Source of the DNA: Jimgerdemannia flammicorona
Lineage: Eukaryota
Length of the DNA stretch: 38,768 bases
Assembly: GCA_003990765.1 (NCBI GenBank)
Contig: RBNJ01000156.1
Coordinates: 1-38,768 of the forward strand
Reading direction: 5' to 3'
Positions within the stretch are counted from its first letter, which is position 1, and the number at the start of each line of letters is the position of its first letter. Position numbers and translations under genes: made by a program. This document shows, piece by piece, positions 36,379-38,768 of this stretch. The notes under the pieces were generated by a model that worked only from the letters and a program-made list of their open reading frames with translations, ran no database searches and was not told where the DNA came from.

Positions 36379-38064
36379 CTAGATCATCATCGAACCAAGC
36401 GTAACCGTGACCACATCTTCTGCCTCGCACCGCGAGCATGTGCATTCAAACCCGAACGAGAGCTCCAATTTATCCTGCCGATCAGCCCGGGGAATGTCTG
36501 ATTCGCAGTAGGTTATGGTGAGTTCCTCGCCAGACGAGATAGGACGTATGGCCTCCACTTGGTCGACGCCCGAGACCTGGCAGTTCGGGTCGCACGAGTG
36601 GTTGAACCACGAGGTCGCCTCAAAGATCTTCAAGCCGCTAGTCTTGCCATCTTCCCTGGCCTGGATGCGGAAAGAATTGCCCCTTCAGGTAACAAGAAGG
36701 AATGTGTCAATATCTTCAGTGCAGAAAAAAGGTTCAAAGGGGTAATTCAAAAAAATTACTTACATAATCATTCGACACAAAGTCTCGTAAATCCAATAGT
36801 CATAATCCAGCCATTGCTCCGGTCCAATTTCAAATGCCTCTAGGATCCGGGGGTAATAATAGGTGACCGTCGACGCGATACGGTACGAGACACCATCACG
36901 GGCCGGGCTCCACGGCCGGAGGTGAGTTATCCCCGGCAGCTCGAGGAGCGGGGTCGAGGTCTGGAGCGACATGGCGAACAGCTTGACGACCTGCAGCGGG
37001 AATGTGACCGGAGTCGTCCTGGCTTTCCTGGCCTGCTCAAAGAACCACTCAAACTGATGGTGGCGCTTGCACAGAACCTTGTGATACGTGGCGTCGGCTT
37101 CCTTACGGCACCGTGTGGAGCAGTAGATGATCTGGCAGCGGGGACACTCGTGGCGACGGACAAGATGATCGCAAACAACGTTGCAGTGTTCACAGCGGAC
37201 GTCGTTGTTCAGGCGTAGGTTGACGTTTGCAATGGCTCTCTCGCACAACACGCTCTCGCCGTTGCGGATTGGGCGTTTGGCATACATGCCGACCTGAAGG
37301 TCATCGGCTGTGAACCCTGTAGTTTCTTGGACATTGTTGGGTCCGCCTGTTATGCGGTAACAAATCGCGAACCTGGCTTCCACCTTCGACGCTCCCAGTT
37401 TATCCAGAACCTCATTATACTCCTTATCCAACTCCTTTAGCCCTTCCTTTGTTCGCGCAGTCCTGCCCCTGGCATCCATCGTGTCCCACGGGTACCGTCC
37501 GTCGCGCATGCCCGGTCTTTTTATCGCCCTCAGCGCGATGTGATCTTTGTTTGACTTCAGATACTCCAAAAAATTATGGTACTCTTTTTTGCCTTGCTCC
37601 TCGAGCCGCTTAGCCTTAATCTGAAAGTCGGCGTCGTGCGGAAGCCTTGACATCGCGTCCTTCAAGGAGATCAGGGCAATTTTTAAATCGTCGCCCTGGA
37701 AGCGGCTCACGATCAGTGCCCGCGCGTAGGTGTAAAGGGCCTCGCAAGCAAACTTCCGTTCGGCGTGTTCGAAATCTATGTTCTCGCGTATATTTTTTTC
37801 TAGGTTGCAGCTCAAGTAGGAGGTGAGGGCGCTTACGACCTGGGGTTGCCCGGATTTGATGAGATCGCAGGCGTGTTTAGCGTCCGAGATGGCTTGGTCC
37901 GGGTAGCCCATTTGGAGTACGACGTAAGCGCGGTTGTGCCATAGGATAGGGTTGTGAGGGTGCTTGCGAATGAGGCCCGTCATATGCTGGAAGGATTGAT
38001 TGGGGGGCAAGTTGGCAAGGTCCTCCTGTGCAGGGACTCGGATTTTCCTTGGGTTGGTGGACAT
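36379..38064 (-). CDS. TPR - split SET/MYND lysine methyltransferase (SMYD-like), complement join(36379..36682,36764..38064), 534 aa
   Basis: TPR-like PHNPILWHNRAYVVLQMGYPDQAISDA; SET-N VGMYAKRPIRNGESVLCE; MYND CEHC...CPRC...YCSTRC...YHKVLC; SET-C WFNHSCDPNC, GEELTITY; post-SET FECTCSRC; GTAAGT...AAG intron 36683-36763 joins the two ORFs in frame. Confidence 0.92.
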
Positions 38065-38268
38065 TGGTTCCCGTATGTTTTGGTTTATGGTTTGTTCGCC
38101 TCAAGTCACCTCGCCCTCAGTCATGTGATTGTATCCATGTTATCATTTTATGTCCACTGATGTCATATAGAAGCCCTCAAGCACGTTATGTATATTAATT
38201 TCACGTGTTTCAAAATTTACGTTTCCGAGTAGTGACACTGACAGAAAATTACGCACAATCTATAAACC

Positions 38269-38578
38269 TGTAACAGTTCTAGTTTCTTTAAGAGGAAGTG
38301 GTAATTCTAGTGGGCCTAAAGTAGCTCAAAGAGATACTTGTAGGTTCAAGTGTTCTCAAAGAAATTCTGGGAGAGCAGAGAACAAGGATATTTATATAAG
38401 ATCTGAAAGAAAGATCCAGAAGGATCTTAGGAAAGAAAAGAAGAGAAAAGCCAAGAAATAGGTTCTCAGCAAAGATGACTAATAGAATTCTACAATGTTC
38501 CAAAAGGTTCTATGACTAGCTAAGATAAGATACTTGATGTCAAGAAAAGACAAGAATGTTCTAGTGAAGTCTTGGTAT
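38269..38578. mobile_element. Old LTR-like fragment interrupted by a younger LTR
   Basis: Begins TGTAACA, is CpG-free for 310 bp and ends abruptly at the TGTGACGG start. Confidence 0.45.
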
Positions 38579-38768
38579 TGTGACGGTACAGCCAGATTTG
38601 GAAGAAGGAAATAGGGAATAGACACTTGATCGCACCCATTCCCAAAGTAGTATAGCATCATAGTTAGCAGTCCTCGATTTCGACATTGTCTAATTTCTTA
38701 GACATTGTCTAAATTTTAGACATTATCCAAATCGAATACCCCGATTTAGTATAGCATTTAGACATTGT
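38579..38768 (+). mobile_element. Start of an LTR related to the 3632-4108 LTR; runs off the right edge
   Basis: Collinear similarity to the reverse complement of 4108-4000; internal ~18-19 bp repeats GACATTGTCTAA...; CpGs retained. Confidence 0.7.

Overview
Eukaryotic, repeat-rich genomic DNA, most likely fungal: it has short GT-AG introns with CTAAY branch sites, Ty3/gypsy relics and a tyrosine-recombinase (DIRS/Ngaro) retroelement. An early-diverging, Mucoromycota-like host is my inference and is not shown directly. Six apparently intact genes can be read: F-box/LRR, a multi-zinc-finger protein, a small NDUFA4/MLRQ-like protein, an SMP/LEA-like protein, BTB-SPRY and TPR-SET-MYND. A ~4 kb intronless, multiply disrupted gene encodes two tandem atypical (PI3/4-kinase-like) kinase modules followed by two kinds of LRR. 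The old transposons are almost CpG-free and also show CpA->TpA/TpG->TpA hypermutation resembling RIP, while the genes keep their CpGs. Unexplained non-coding structure includes a 2.2-copy ~1.7 kb tandem array, a compact nested-stem element at 8638-8796, a 1.5 kb nested insertion with an 8-bp target duplication and a MITE-like element. All alignments were done by eye and no database searches were possible.
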